Shown piece after piece: positions 36,540 through 49,718 of a DNA stretch of 64,000 nt (positions are counted from its first letter, which is position 1; every line of letters begins with the position of its first letter). The translations under genes were made by a program, and so were the position numbers. The stretch comes from Mobula hypostoma (taxonomy: Eukaryota). The stretch is taken from the NCBI RefSeq assembly GCF_963921235.1, contig NC_086097.1:125490001-125554000 (forward strand), written 5' to 3'. Below the pieces are notes generated by a model. That model saw nothing but the letters and a program-made list of their open reading frames with translations. It did no database searches and was not told where the DNA came from.

Positions 36540-36843
36540 ACTCAGTGATGCTCTTCCGCATTCTCTGCAAACTCCAGAGACTGTTGTGTGTGAAAATCCC
36601 AGGAGATCAGCAGTTTATGAGATACTCAAACCACCTCATCTGACACCAACAATCATTGCACGTCAAAATCATTTCGATCACATTTCTTCCCCATTCTGAT
36701 GTTTAGTCTGAACAACAACTGAACCTCTTGACCATGTCGACGTGCTTTTTTTTTGCATTGAATTGCTGCCATGTGATTGGCTGATTAGTTATCTGCATTA
36801 ACGAGGTGTACAGATGTACCTAATGAAATGGCCACTGAGTGTA
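36540..36843 (-). mobile_element. Tc1-type fragment with one TIR
   Basis: Ends GTACCTAATGAAATGGCCACTGAGTGTA. Confidence 0.8.
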
Positions 36844-37207
36844 CTTCCACCAACTACACATCAGTCTACCCAGACAATCTGCGGGAGGCTGTATTGAAGG
36901 CCACATTCATAAAAGGCTCCATTCTACATTCATTACTTCAACAGCAGGATTCTACTGCAAGTTATTCCAGGAATCTATTAATCTCTACAAAATAATTTTG
37001 TTACACTACAGACAACCTTTATGATACAAGGGTTACAGTCCTAGAAAATGGTCAATATAGCGATTTTTCGTGACACAAAGCCACATCATCTGCACATATG
37101 TCAAGAAAAACAAGTTGAAAAAAACATATTTTGTGTTTATTCAAGCAACATACATCAAAGTTGCTGGTGAACGCAGCAGGCCAAGCAGCATCTATAGGAA
37201 GAGGCGC

Positions 37208-37243
37208 AGTCGACGTTTCAGGCCGAGACCCTTCGTCAGGACT
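37208..37243 (-). ncRNA. Minimal type I hammerhead ribozyme motif (PLE)
   Basis: Identical to the motif at 18400-18435. Confidence 0.8.
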
Positions 37244-37536
37244 AACTGAAGGAAGAGTGAGTAAGGGATTTGAAAGCTGGAGGGGGAGGGGGAGATGCAA
37301 AATGATAGGAGAAGACAGGAGGGGGAGGGATAGAGCCGAGAGCTGGACAGGTGATAGGCAAAAGGGGATACGAGAGGATCATGGGACAGGAGGTCCAGGA
37401 AGAAAGACGGGGGGGTGTGACCCAGAGGATGGGCAAGAGGTATATTCAGAGGGACAGAGGGAGAAAAAGGAGAGTGAGAGAAAGAATGTGTGCATAAAAA
37501 TGAGTAACAGATGGGGTACGAGGGGGAGGTGGGGCC

Positions 37537-38898
37537 TTAGCGGAAGTTAGAGAAGTCAATGTTCATGCCATCAGGTTGGAGGCTACCCAGACGGAATATA
37601 AGATGTTGTTCCTCCAACCTGAGTGTGGCTTCATCTTTACAGTAGAGGAGGCCATGGATAGACATGTCAGAATGGGAATGGGATGTGGAATTAAAATGTG
37701 TGGCCACTGGGAAATCCTGCTCTCCCTGGCGGACAGAGAGTAGATGTTCAGCAAAGCGGTCTCCCAGTCTGCGTCGGGTCTCACCAATATATAAAAGGCC
37801 ACATCGGGAGCACCGGACGCAGTATATCACCCCAGTCGACTCACAGGTGAAGTGATGCCTCACCTGGAAGGACTGTTTGGGGCCCTGAATGGTGGTAAGG
37901 GAGGAAGTGTAAGGGCATGTGTAGCACTTGTTCCGCTTACATGGATAAGTGCCAGGAGGGAGATCAGTGGGGAGGGATGGGGGGGACGAATGGACAAGGG
38001 AGTTGTGTAGGGAGCGATCCCTGCGGAATGCAGAGAGAGGGGGGGAGGGAAAGATGTGCTTAGTGGTGGGATCCCGTTGGAGGTGGCGGAAGTTACGGAG
38101 AATGATATGTTGGACCCGGAGGCTGGTGGGGTGGTAGGTGAGGACCAGGGGAACCCTATTCCTAGTGGGGTGGTGGGAGGATGGAGTGAGAGCAGATGTA
38201 CGTGAAATGGGGGAGATGCGTTTAAGAGCAGAGTTGATAGTGGAGGAAGGGAAGCCCCTTTCTTTAAAAAATGAAGACATCTCCCTCGTCCTAGAATGAA
38301 AAGCCTCATCCTGAGAGCAGATGCGGTGGAGATGGAGGAATTGCGAGAAGGGGATGGCGTTTTTGCAAGAGACAGGGTGAGAAGAGGAATAGTCCAGATA
38401 GCTGTGAGAGTCAGTAGGCTTATAGTAGACATCAGTGGATAAGCTGTCTCCAGAGACAGAGACAGAAAGATCTAGAAAGGGGAGGGAGGTGTCGGAAATG
38501 GACCAGGTAAACTTGAGGGCAGGCTGAAAGTTGGAGGCAAAGTTAATAAAGTCAACGAGTTCTGCATGCGTGCAGGAAGCAGCGCCAATGCAGTCGTCGA
38601 TGTAGCGAAGGAAAAGTGGGGGACAGATACCAGAATAGGCACGGAACATAGATTGTTCCACAAACCCAACAAAAAGGCAGGCATAGCTAGGACCCATACG
38701 GGTGCCCATAGCTACACCTTTAGTTTGGAGGAAATGGGAGGAGCAAAAGGAGAAATTATTAAGAGTAAGGACTAATTCCGCTAGACGGAGCAGAGTGGTG
38801 GTAGAGGGGAACTGATTAGGTCTGGAATCCAAAAAGAAGCGTAGAGCTTTGAGACCTTCCTGATGGGGGATGGAAGTATATAAGGACTGGACATCCAT
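37537..38898 (-). CDS. PLE reverse transcriptase + GIY-YIG endonuclease (N-terminally truncated; frame stays open to about 38988)
   Basis: MDVQSLYTSI, QTKGVAMGT, RYIDD, LPFLD, YYKPT, C..C..C linker, GVIYCVRC..LLYIGET, GMN; no internal stops over 453 aa. Confidence 0.9.
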   Translation of the reverse strand: MDVQSLYTSIPHQEGLKALRFFLDSRPNQFPSTTTLLRLAELVLTLNNFSFCSSHFLQTKGVAMGTRMGPSYACLFVGFVEQSMFRAYSGICPPLFLRYIDDCIGAASCTHAELVDFINFASNFQPALKFTWSISDTSLPFLDLSVSVSGDSLSTDVYYKPTDSHSYLDYSSSHPVSCKNAIPFSQFLHLHRICSQDEAFHSRTREMSSFFKERGFPSSTINSALKRISPISRTSALTPSSHHPTRNRVPLVLTYHPTSLRVQHIILRNFRHLQRDPTTKHIFPSPPLSAFRRDRSLHNSLVHSSPPSLPTDLPPGTYPCKRNKCYTCPYTSSLTTIQGPKQSFQVRHHFTCESTGVIYCVRCSRCGLLYIGETRRRLGDRFAEHLLSVRQGEQDFPVATHFNSTSHSHSDMSIHGLLYCKDEATLRLEEQHLIFRLGSLQPDGMNIDFSNFR

Positions 38899-39399
38899 GG
38901 TGAAAATAAAGCGGTGGGGGCCAGGGAACTTAAAATCATCGAAAAGTTTAAGAGCGTGAGAAGTGTCACGAATATAGGTCGGAAGGGATTGTGTTTATTC
39001 ATTTACTTTTTCTCTGAACAAATCTTGTAACAGTGTACATTTATTCTGTATCCCAGATATTTTTCGCAGTGATTTGTGAATTTCATAAGACTGAATGTCC
39101 ATTACCTGAACTGCTGTAATGAGGCGATCACCTCTATTTTTAATCCTCCACACCCAGACCAGCTAGAGTAGCCTCACGTAATGGAATATTAGACCCTTAC
39201 ATGTTATGAAATAAAAAGGTAATGCTATCTGGAGGAGATTATGTAATTATTACTTAGCAGTAAAATATAAAAATATGCAAATGTTAGTGCATAATATGTT
39301 TCTGAACAAGTATTTATATCTGAGTCACACACACACAAAATACTGGAGAAACTCAGTTAAAAGTTGGTAAGCACTTGAAAACAACATCCATTTTTTTTA

Positions 39400-39650
39400 A
39401 AACACAAGGGATTCTGCAAAGGCTGGAAATCCAGAGTAACACGTAGAAAATGCTGGGGGAGCTCAGCAGGTCAGCCAGCTTCGACGAAGGGGAATAAACA
39501 GTCGATGTTTCAGGCTGAGACCCTTCATCAGGACTGCAAAGGAAGGGGGAAGAAGGTGGGCGAGGGGAAGAAGTACAAGATGGCTAGAGAAAGGGTGAAG
39601 CCGGGTGAGGGGGTAGGTGGATGGGGTGGAGGAGGGGGAATGAAACCAGG
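39400..39650 (-). mobile_element. PLE pLTR fragment with hammerhead motif
   Basis: Minus strand AGTCCTGATGAAGGGTCTCAGCCTGAAACATCGACT at about 39500-39535. Confidence 0.8.
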
Positions 39651-40294
39651 TTTCCTCCCCCCCTCAAATTTGTATTTGAACTCGTCTCCTGACCTCAGAT
39701 TTTCACTGTTACTTTCATAATGCAAGTTAGTTGCAATTAATAAATAGCTCCTTGTGGAACGCTGAACACCCTGTATTAATTTAATAAAAATGCCAAAATT
39801 TCAATATTGACAGGCTGCATTTCAGCACATGAGGATAAATAATGAAACTGTTTATGGCCACAACAGAACAGTTTGATAAAAGGCAGATAGATATGTGCAG
39901 TCCGGACTGTGAATGAGGACAAGAGGAGGAGACTGCTTTAGGTTGACTGGCTCCTTGCCTAAGCAACTGGAGACTGCGGTTGGGACAGAGGATGGGTATT
40001 GCCAAATACCATTTGTCAAATAATTTGTAGCTTACCAACTGAATATTTTGAAAATTATTTTCATCCAAAAATAGGCTATTTTTAAAACAGATAAACAGTT
40101 AATAAAAACACATGACTTCACCTAAAGAGGACTGTAAACAGCGGCTTTGAAATTTGGAATTATTGGACCAGTTCACTGAATCTTCACTGTCATTGGATCT
40201 AAATCCTGGAACCCCTTTACTTAATGGCTTTGAGATTGCATCTCCACTGAAAGAAATGCTGTTGTTCAAGAAGCTGCTTAAAAACATATAGATG

Positions 40295-40870
40295 CACAGT
40301 GGAGAGTATCCTTGGCTGGTTGAATCACACCCTGGTATGAAACCACCAATGCACAGGAACAAAATGCCTATTAAAATAGTGGATATAGCCCAGTCCATCA
40401 CAGGAAAAGCCCTACCCACCTTTGAGCACATCTACAAGGAGCAATGCCACAAGAAAGTAGCATTCATCAAGGACCCCACCATCCAGGCGATTCTCTCTTC
40501 TCACTGCTGCCATCAGGAAGGAGGTATGGAAGCCTTAGATCACACACCACCAGGTTCAGGAACAGTCATTACCTTTCATCTACCAGGTTCCAGAACCAGT
40601 GCAGACAACTTCATTCACCTCAACTCTGAACTGATTCCACAATCTATGGACTCACTTTCAAAGACTCTACAACTTGTGTTCTCTGTGTTACTTATTTATT
40701 TATTTAATTATTATTTTTACTTGCATAGTTTGCCTTCTTTTACACATTGGTTGTTTGACGGTCTGTGGGTAGCTTTGTTCTACTGTGAATATCTTCAAGA
40801 AAATGAATCGCAGGGTAGTATATGGTGACATGTACAGTACGTACTTTTGATAATAAGTTTACTTTGAACT
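40295..40870 (+). mobile_element. Rex1/Babar 3' fragment
   Basis: LFSLLPSGRRYGSLRSHTTRFRNS; similar copies at 23880-24190 and 56200-56780. Confidence 0.85.
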
Positions 40871-41654
40871 GCTTTAGTAATCAGTAATACATGCTGACCA
40901 TACCAGAGAACTATGAGGGGGCTGACAATATATTTTTGGGAGATATTAAAGACAGCGATATAATATTAAGAATCACACTCAGTGCTAATAATCCTCTGGA
41001 TTTAATGAAACCAAACATATATGGTTCAACCAGTTAGATGAGACAAAGAGCCCAACTATCTCCGTTCCCTGGGTCCCATTGTGACTACTTTAAGCACCAC
41101 TGCATATATTCAGGTCTTCACTACCACCAGATGTAGTTGCTGATTAACTGGACTCTGAAAACCTACATTCATTCCTCAATCAAACTTTATTTACTTATGT
41201 ACAAGGAAAGCATCATGGCCCTTGTTTCCAAATTGTTTAAAAGTTTTAACGAAGAAATATTACCTTTATACAGAATTGACTAGTCAGATTGACCAATTGG
41301 TAACCTTGTGGATGTTCAGATTTCTTATTTTGCCTAATCAATCATTAATCACATTACCATAATAGCGGTACTAATATCCAATAGAATTTACATGTTAAAG
41401 GCAAATAAAACTTCAGAATTAGTAAAGTGACTGATCAATAGTAAGTGTCCTTCACTTGCACCCTTTTCTTGTCTTGGTGTGCTCTAGTTCATTCACTATC
41501 CCTGCCTGGACAATACCTTAACCCTTCCCCTGCTGCAACTTCCACACAGACTATTGCCAATATCCCTGGACTATGAGAAGCAACACTCCATAAAATGACT
41601 CTACTCCAAGAGATAGTTGGTAACCTACTCAAACAAAATATATCTGGACAGATC

Positions 41655-42520
41655 TCGGGGCGTGTTGAGCCAGCATTCAGGAGTGAGATCGAACACCTGG
41701 GTGAGCAGTGCCACAACAATCTCCCACTCACTGTGAGTGAAGCTGAAGAGCTAATCGTTGCCTTCAGTAAGGAGAGTAAGGCCGAACATGCACCTGTGCA
41801 CATCAGTCGGTTGGCGATACCAGCTTTAATTTCCTGGGCATTAACATACCTGATGACCTGCCCTGGGCCTTACACATAGGCACAATCACAAGGGGGACAC
41901 ACCAGTTTTCTTACCTTCTTAGAAGGAGGAGGTTTGGCATGTCATCAAATATTCGCACAAAATTCTACAGATGTACTGTTGAAGGTGTTCTGACTGGTTG
42001 CATCATGTCTGGTAAGGGAATTTGAATGCACAGGAACCTAAGATGCTGCAGCGAGCAGTGGACTCAGCTCAATCAATACATGATGGCACATCCCTCCCCA
42101 CTATCCATAGTATCTACAGTAGACGCTGCCTCAAGAGCACACCGCTCATCATCAAAGATCCCAAAAATCCAGACCATGCCATTCTCTCACAGCTACCATC
42201 AAGGAAGGAGCTACAGAAGCCTAAAGTCCTACATCACCAGGTTCAGGAACAGCTTCTTCCCTTCAACCATTTGGTTCTTGAATGAACCTGCACAACCCTA
42301 ATCACTGCCCGTATAGCACTGATCACTTTACACTGCAATGCACTTTATTGGTTTGTTTTAATAGTGTTTTTTTATGTTTAATTTCTCATAATTTTTCTGT
42401 TAAGTTATATTTTTCTTGTGATTGTTGTGTATTAGATGCTATGTGCTGCAAGTAAATTTTTCATTGGCACCTGCACATACGTGTACTTGTGCATTTGATA
42501 ATAAACCCAGCTTTGATTTT
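41655..42520 (+). mobile_element. Decayed Rex1/Babar LINE 3' part
   Basis: QCHNNLPLTVSEAEELIVAF, LQRAVDSAQ, RSYRSLKSYITRFRNSFFP. Confidence 0.8.
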
Positions 42521-43239
42521 GATATCTCCTTGACTTTAATATCTGGATTTGTTCTCCTATTTGACTGAACTATCTAGATCAGCCAAAGGTGATACAGGCC
42601 TGACAACTGAGGTCAAGCTACCGCTTTGTGAATGAATGGGAGCCTCTATATAAACTAATATAGCTTTGGGTATTTAAAAAAAATAAGCTGGGTCAATAGG
42701 CCAAAATTTGATTTACAAGTCTGGCATAGAAGTGTTTTATAGTGACAAATACAAAAAATCTGGCTTTCAATCAAAAGCACTTAGGAAAAGAAATTCAGCT
42801 TAGATAAATATTAAATGGAATGTGAAGTCTTATTCTATATCAGTCATAATTCCCAGGCTCATATCCTTTTTGGCTGAGTTACTGTTTTTGTGGAAGTTGA
42901 AACACTGGCAGTAAGCAAGTGTTAAACATGTGCAGTTGCCTTAACAGCATTTGTAAGGGCCCTCTGCATAGCTATGCGACAGGTAATTAAGGTATCCAAT
43001 TGAGTGTGAGGAATAATCAGCCAAACAGCGGCACTTCATGTTCATGAGCTCAAAGATTTAACAAGATATAATTAGGGAAATTTGCTCTACCATCTTCATC
43101 CAGCCACATAGTCCTTGTTCCTTTAATCAATTTTACTCGCCATATACATTTACATGCATTAGGAATTTGTCATTGTGTGTAGGCAATGCAACAAAAAAAT
43201 TCAACAATTATAGAAAATAAATAATGATATAAGAATAAA

Positions 43240-43545
43240 GTTAGCGCAATGCTATTACAGCTCGGAGCAACAGAGTTTGGAATTCAATTCCGATGCCATC
43301 AGCAAGAAATTTGTACATCCTTCCATGAGCACGTGCTTTCCTCTGGATGGTCCACTTCCACACGCATTCCAAAGACGTACCTGTTAGCAGGTTAATGGTC
43401 ATTGTAAATTGTTCAGTGGTTATGCTAGGGTTAAATATGTGGGTTGCTGGGCAGTGCAGCTGATTGGGCTGGAAGAGCCTGGTCCATGCTGTATCTGTCT
43501 ATCAATAAATCAATCAATCAATCAATAAATGAATAAATAAGTAAA
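43240..43545 (+). mobile_element. V-SINE/HE1-type SINE with (ATCA)n/(ATAA)n tail
   Basis: B-box-like AATTCAATTCC, V-domain and simple-repeat tail; a related copy lies at 60235-60420. Confidence 0.75.
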
Positions 43546-44304
43546 TAGTTTTATGGAATAAAATGTGCTTAAATACACAAATACCAACATTTATTTAAAA
43601 CATAAATAGCATTATAAAAAGTGGTTTAAAGTGTTTGCAATGCAGTGACAGAGGTAATAGATGGGGGGGGGGGGTGGGGGCTAATAGAATGGTTGATCTG
43701 ATTAATTCCTGGGGGAGAAAACTATGATGATGGTGTGACGTTTTTGTTTAAATAACCCCATAGTGCTTTCCAGAAGGAAGCTTTTGTTAAGAGGATTTTG
43801 TTGTTAAGGGAACTGCTGGAAAGAATCTGGAAGAATTCAAGAGAAGGAAGGCAGAATCATTCGAGATTTAATTGAGAGAAGTGCACAGACACAGTAGCTT
43901 GTCCTCGCGCAAGGCCACCGAGAAGATTTAAAAAACGAGGAGTTTCTTTCAGTGAGAGGTTCGATTGGGAGAAGTGTGCAGGCTCAGTTGCTCATCATCG
44001 CATAATGTTGCTGAGAAGGTTCCAGGATAAAAGGGAGACATTGCCTAGCGGAGCAGTCATCAAAGGAGCATGAGTCAGAGTAGTTGGGCTTTGGCTCATC
44101 AGGGATTCGGCAAGGACGGCCTAGGCAAGGTAAAGAGGTAAGTTACTTTCATTTCTCTTTTTTTCCTCTAACAAGAATAATGGGAAAGACTGCAGGCCAG
44201 TTTTCTGCTCTAGGTGTCAGATGTGGGATTTCCAGAAGAATCCCCGCCTCCCTGACGACCACATCTGTAATAGGTACATCAAGTTGTTGCTCCTTAGAGA
44301 CCAA

Positions 44305-45368
44305 GTTAGGAAAAGTTACTAACATGGTTAGAGCATTCGCTGATTGGTAGGAGACAGCGAGTGGGAATAAAAGGATCCTTTTCTGATTGGCTGTCAGTGA
44401 CTAGTGGTATTCCGCAGGGGTCGGTGTTGGAATCACTTCTTTTTATGCTGTATATAAATAATTTAGATGATGGAATAGATGGCTTTGTTGCCAAGTTTGC
44501 AGATGATATGAAGATTGGTGGAGGGGCAGGTCATGTTGAGAAAACAGGAAGGCTGCAGAAAGACTTAAGACAGATTAGGAGAATGGGCAAGAAAGTGGCA
44601 AATGTAAAACAATGTTGGAAAATGAAGGTCATGCACTTTGGTTGTAAAAATAAATGTGCGGACTGTTTTCTAAACAGGGAGAAAATCTAGGAATCTGAGA
44701 TGCAGAGGGACTTGGAAGTCCTTGTGCAGAACACCATGAAGGTTAACTTGTAGGCTGAGTTGGTGGTGAGGAAGGCAAATGCCATGTTAGCATTTATTTC
44801 AAGAGGTCTGGAATACAAGAGCAAGGATGTGATGCTGAGGCTTTATAAGGCACTGGTGAGGCCTCACCTTGAGTATTGTGAACAATTTTGGGCTCCTCAC
44901 CTTAGAAAAGATGTGCTGGCATTGGAGAGGGTTCAGAGAAGGTTCACAAGGATGATTCCAGGAATGAAAGGGTTATCATACGAGAAATGCTTGATGGCTC
45001 TGGGTCTGTACTCGTTGGAATTCAGAAGGATGAAGGGGGATCTCAATGAAAGCTTTCGAATGTTGAAAGGTCTAGACAGAGTAGATGTAGTAAGGATGTT
45101 TGCCATGGTGGGAGAGTCTAGAACAAGAAAGCACAGCCTCAGGATAGAGGGGCGCCCTTTCAAAACAGATGCAGAGAAATTTCTTTAGCCAGAGGGTGGT
45201 GAATTTGTGGAATTTGTTGCCACATGCAGCTATGGAAGCCAGGTCATTGGGTGTATTTAAGGCAGAGATTGATAGGTTCTTGATTGGACATGGCATCAAA
45301 GGTTACAGAGAGAAGGCCGGGAACTGGGGCTGAGGAGGAGGATTTCTGCTCCTATGTCTTATGGTCTT
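44305..45368 (+). mobile_element. 5'-truncated CR1 (RT to 3' end) nested in CR1 ORF1
   Basis: SGIPQGSVL, KFADD, RPHLEYC. Confidence 0.92.
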
Positions 45369-45811
45369 AAATTGAGAGGCAGCTCGATGACCTTCAGCTT
45401 GTTAAGAAAAGTGAGGAGGTGATCAATAGGAGCTACAGGCAGGTTGTTACAATGGGGCCTCAGGAGAGGGAAGGGTGAGTGTCAGGTAGTGGAGAGCACC
45501 CTGTGGCCAATCCCCCTTAACAATAAGTACTCCATTTTGAGTACTTGGGGAAGGGGCCTATCTGGGAAAAGCAACAGTGGCCGTGTCTTTGGCACTGAGT
45601 CTGCCCCTGTGGCTCAGAAGGGTAGGGAATGGAAGAGGATGGGAGCAGTACCAGGGAACTCTGTAGTTAGGGGGACAGACAGGTAATTCTGTGGGCACGA
45701 AAAAGAAACACGGATGGTAGTTTGCCTCCCAGATGTCAAGGTTCGTGATGTTTCTGAATGTGTCCCTAATATCCTGAAATGGGAGGGTGAGCAGCCAGAA
45801 GTTGTGATACA

Positions 45812-46212
45812 CAGAACCATAGAACACTACAGCACAGAAAACAGGCCATTTGGCCCTTCTAGTCTGTGCCGAAACATTATTCCACTAGTCCCATTGACCT
45901 GCACCCAGTCCATAACCCTCCAGACCTCTCCCATCGATGTACCTATCCAATTTATTCTTAAAACTTAAGAGTGAGCCCGCATTTACCACGTCAGATGGCA
46001 GCTTGTTCCACACTCCCACCACTCTCTGAGTGAAGAAGTTCCCCCTAATGTTCCCCCTAAACCTTTCCCCTATCACCCTACAGCCATATCCTCTCGTATT
46101 TATCTCTCCTAATCTAAGCCGGAAGAGCCTACTCGTATTTACTCTGTCTATACCCCTCATAATTTTGTAAACCTCTATCAAATCCTCCCTAATTCTTCTA
46201 CGCTTCAGGGAG
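45812..46212 (-). mobile_element. CR1 3' fragment nested in the ORF1 esterase
   Basis: DLIEVYKIMRG..FFTQRVVGVWNKLP. Confidence 0.9.
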
Positions 46213-46691
46213 CAACATGACATGGGTAGAAATAGGGAGGAGGTCCTGAAAGCAGAATACAGGGAGTTAGGAAGGAAGCTGAGAAGCTGGACCTTAGGGG
46301 TAGTCATCTTGGGATTGCTGCCTGTGCCACACGACAGTGAGTATAGGAATAGAATGAGGCGGTGGATAAATGCATGGCTGAAGGATTGGAGAAAGGAGCA
46401 GGGATTCAGGTTTCTAAATCATTGGGACCTGTACTGGGGCAGGTGTGACATGTACAAAAAGGACGTATTGCATTTAAATCTGAGGAGGACCAATATCCTG
46501 GCAGGGAGGTTTGCTAATGCTATTGAGGAGGGTTTAAACTAGATTTTCAGGGGGGTAAGAGATGACAAGGACAGGGAGGGAGGCAAAAGAGGTGGGGTCG
46601 TGGCATTGTTAATCAGGGATAGCTAATCGTGGCGCTTGTACAAGGAACAGGGTGGAAGAGGCATAGTCCAGGTAGCTGTGACTGTCCATAG

Positions 46692-48710
46692 GTTTATAAG
46701 ACCATAGGACATAGCAGCAGAATTATGCCATCTCACCCATCGAGTCTGCTCCGCCATTCAATCATAGCTGATCCTTTTTTTTTTCTCCTCCTCAACTCCA
46801 GTTTCCGGCCTTCTCCCCGTAACCTTTGATGCCCCGTCTAATCAAGAACCTATCGATCGCTGCCTTAATTACACCCAACGACCTGGCCTCCACAGCTGCA
46901 TGTGGCAACAAATTCCACAAATTCACCACCCCTTGGTGGAAGAAGTTTCTCTGCACCTGTTTTGAAAGGGCGCCCCTCTGTCCTGAGGCTGTGCCCTCTT
47001 GTCCTAGACTCTCCCACCATGGGAAACATCCTTTCCGCATCTACTTTGTCTAGGCCGTTCAATATCCGAAAGGTTTCAATGAGATTCCCTCTCATCCATT
47101 CGAATTCCAGTGAGTACAGACCCAGAGCCATCAAACGTTCCTCGTATGATAACCCTTTCATTCCTGGAATCATCCTTGTTGACCTCCTCTGAACCCTCTC
47201 CAATGTCAGCACATCTTTTCTAAGATGAGGAGCCCAAAACTGTTCACAATACTCGAGGTGAGGCCTCACTAGTGCTTTATAAACCCTCAGCATCACATCC
47301 TTGCTCTTGTATTCTAGACCTCTTGAAATGAATGCTAGCATGGCATTTGTCTTCCTCAGCAGCGATTCAACCTGCAAGTTAACCTTCAGGGTGTTCTGCA
47401 CAAGGACTTCCAAGTCCCTCTGCATCTCAGATTCCTGGATTTTCTCCCCATTTAGAAAATAGTCCGCACATTTATTTCTACTACCAAAGTGCATGACCAT
47501 GCATTTTCCAACATTGTATTTCAATTGTCACTTTCTTGCCCATTCTCCTAATCTGTCTAAGTCCTTCTGCAGCCTTCCTGTTTCCTCAATATTACCTGCC
47601 CCTCCACCAATCTTCGTATCATCTACAAACTTGGCAACAAAGCCATTTATTCCATCATATAAATCATTTATATGCAGCATAAAAAGAAGTGGTTCCAAGG
47701 ATGACCCCTGCGAAACACCACTGGTTACTGGCAGCCAATCAGAAAAGGATCCTTTTATTCCCACTAGCTGCCTCCTACCAATCAGCCAATGCTCTAACCA
47801 TGTTAGTAACTTTCCTGTAATACCATAGGCTCTTAACTTGGTAAGCAGCCTCATGTGTGGCACCTTGTCAAAGGCTTTCTGAACATCCAAATATACAACA
47901 TCCACTGCATCCCCTTTATCTATCCTACGTGTAATCTCCTCAAAGAGCTCCAACAGGTTCATCAGGCAGGATTTTCCCTGAAGGAAACCATGCTGACTTT
48001 GTCCTATCTTGTCCTGTCACCAAGTACTCCATCACCTCATCCTTAACAATTGACTCTATCACCTCCCAAACACTGAGGTCAGGCTAACTGGTCTATAATT
48101 TCCTTTCTGCTGCCTTCCTCCTTTCTTAAAGAGTGGAATAACATTTGCAATTTTCCAGTCCTCTGGCTTTGACATTCCTTGTCGGCCACGGTTGTACTAT
48201 TTTACCATTTGAGTATTTCTTCATTTTTGGAATACACATGTCCTGCATCTTCCTCATTTTTCCCAGAAACACACACCATTGTGCTCTGCTGACATTCCTG
48301 CCAGCAGCTCCTTCCAATTTACTCTGGCCAATTCCTCTCTCATACCACTGTAATTTCCCTTATTCCACTGAAATACTGCTACATCAGACTTTACTTACTC
48401 CCTATCAAATTTCAAGCTGAACTCAACCATATTGTGATCACTGGTTCCTAAAGGTTCTTTCACCTTAAGCTCCCTAATTGCCTCCGGTTCATTACATAAC
48501 ACCAATCCAATATAGCTGATCCCCTAGTAGGCTCAGCGACAAACTGCTCTAAAAAGCTATCTCTTAGGCATTCAACAAACTCACTCACTTGAGATGCACT
48601 ACCAACCTGATTTTCCCAATCGACCTGCATGTTAAAATCTCCCATGACTACCATAACATTGCCTTTTGACTTGCCTTTTCTATTTCCTGTTGTAACCTGT
48701 GGTCCACCTC
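46692..48710 (-). mobile_element. CR1 LINE ORF2 (endonuclease end, internal deletion, RT, 3' end)
   Basis: MGDFN..PTRGSAILD, YLDVQKAFDKV, KFVDD, RPHLEYC. Confidence 0.93.
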
Positions 48711-48834
48711 CCTCTAGATTACTCTAGATACTCCAGATTTCCTGCACCTGCAGAATTTCTTTTGTTCATTATCACTTCTCTCTATTTCTTCCCTCCCCCT
48801 TTCGCTTATTTCATTTACTTTCACATTATGGTCC

Positions 48835-49445
48835 ATGATCCCATCACCGGGACTGGAAAGGAACAGCTCAGAAGCTATAGTAAAGTGGAGTGAGGGGAAG
48901 GAGTACAAGCAGGCAGATGATAAGTGAAACCACATTAGGAGGAACGTGGGTGGTTGTGGGGGGGGATGAAGCTGACATGTGATCGGTGGAAAAGGCAAAG
49001 GGCTGGGGAAGGAGGAATCTATTAGGAGAAGACAGTGGATCATAGAAAAGACAAAAGGAGGTGGGGAGCGAGGGGGAGGTGATGCGCCGGGGAGGAGAAG
49101 TGAAGGGTGAGAGGGCCACCAGAATGGAGAATGAAAAAAAAAATTGGGAGGGGGGAATGAGGGAAGTGATTACCAGATCTGGACGTTAGAGAAATTGATG
49201 TTCATATCATCTGGTTGGAGGTTACCCAGATGGAATATGAGGTGTCACTCCTCCAACCTGAGTTTGGCCTCATCATGGCAGTACAGGGGGTCATGGTCAG
49301 ACATGTTAGTATGGGGATGGGACGTCAAACTGAAATGGGTGGCCACTAGGAGATCCTAGCTGTTATGGCAGACACAGCAGAGGAGATCAACAAAATGGTC
49401 CACCAATCTGCGTCAGGTATCACCGATGTAGGGGAGGCCACACCA
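48835..49445 (-). mobile_element. Decayed PLE GIY-YIG and pLTR fragment
   Basis: Homologous to 37240-37800. Confidence 0.8.
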
Positions 49446-49718
49446 GAATCCAGTAGTTTAGCAGCCCAATGTTCAGAGTCAGATCCTGAGCATAAAATAT
49501 TCCATAACTTCATGTGTATGGATAAAGTCAGTGAGTCATAGTTAATTGTACACCAAAGGAACTGCTAGCTTCAGTACCTTCTCAATGAACCACATTTTCA
49601 TCAGCTACCAACCCCTAATTTGCATCGATCAAGCCTCACATCTGACATTCATAAGCATCATTTACCCTCACACACTTAGTTCTTCATAACCACATCTTAA
49701 GTCATATGCATTTTTTCC

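Larger units (their letters stand above)
37144..38988 (-). mobile_element. Young 5'-truncated Penelope-like element
   Basis: 13-bp TSD TTGTGTTTATTCA (37131-37143 and 38989-39001); RT-GIY-YIG ORF plus pLTR with hammerhead. Confidence 0.95.
43820..46630 (+). pseudogene. CR1 5' UTR and ORF1 (zinc finger, coiled coil, SGNH esterase), split by two CR1 3' insertions
   Basis: CSRCQMW..PDDHIC..LRDQVRK | ERQLDDL; GNSVVRG; VVIH | DMGR; KKDVLHLN. Confidence 0.8.

Noticed and set aside
39720..40120. Possible conserved non-coding elements (also 36100-36540, 42860-43060 and 54240-54430)
   Set aside because: Non-repetitive, but conservation or function cannot be shown without alignments
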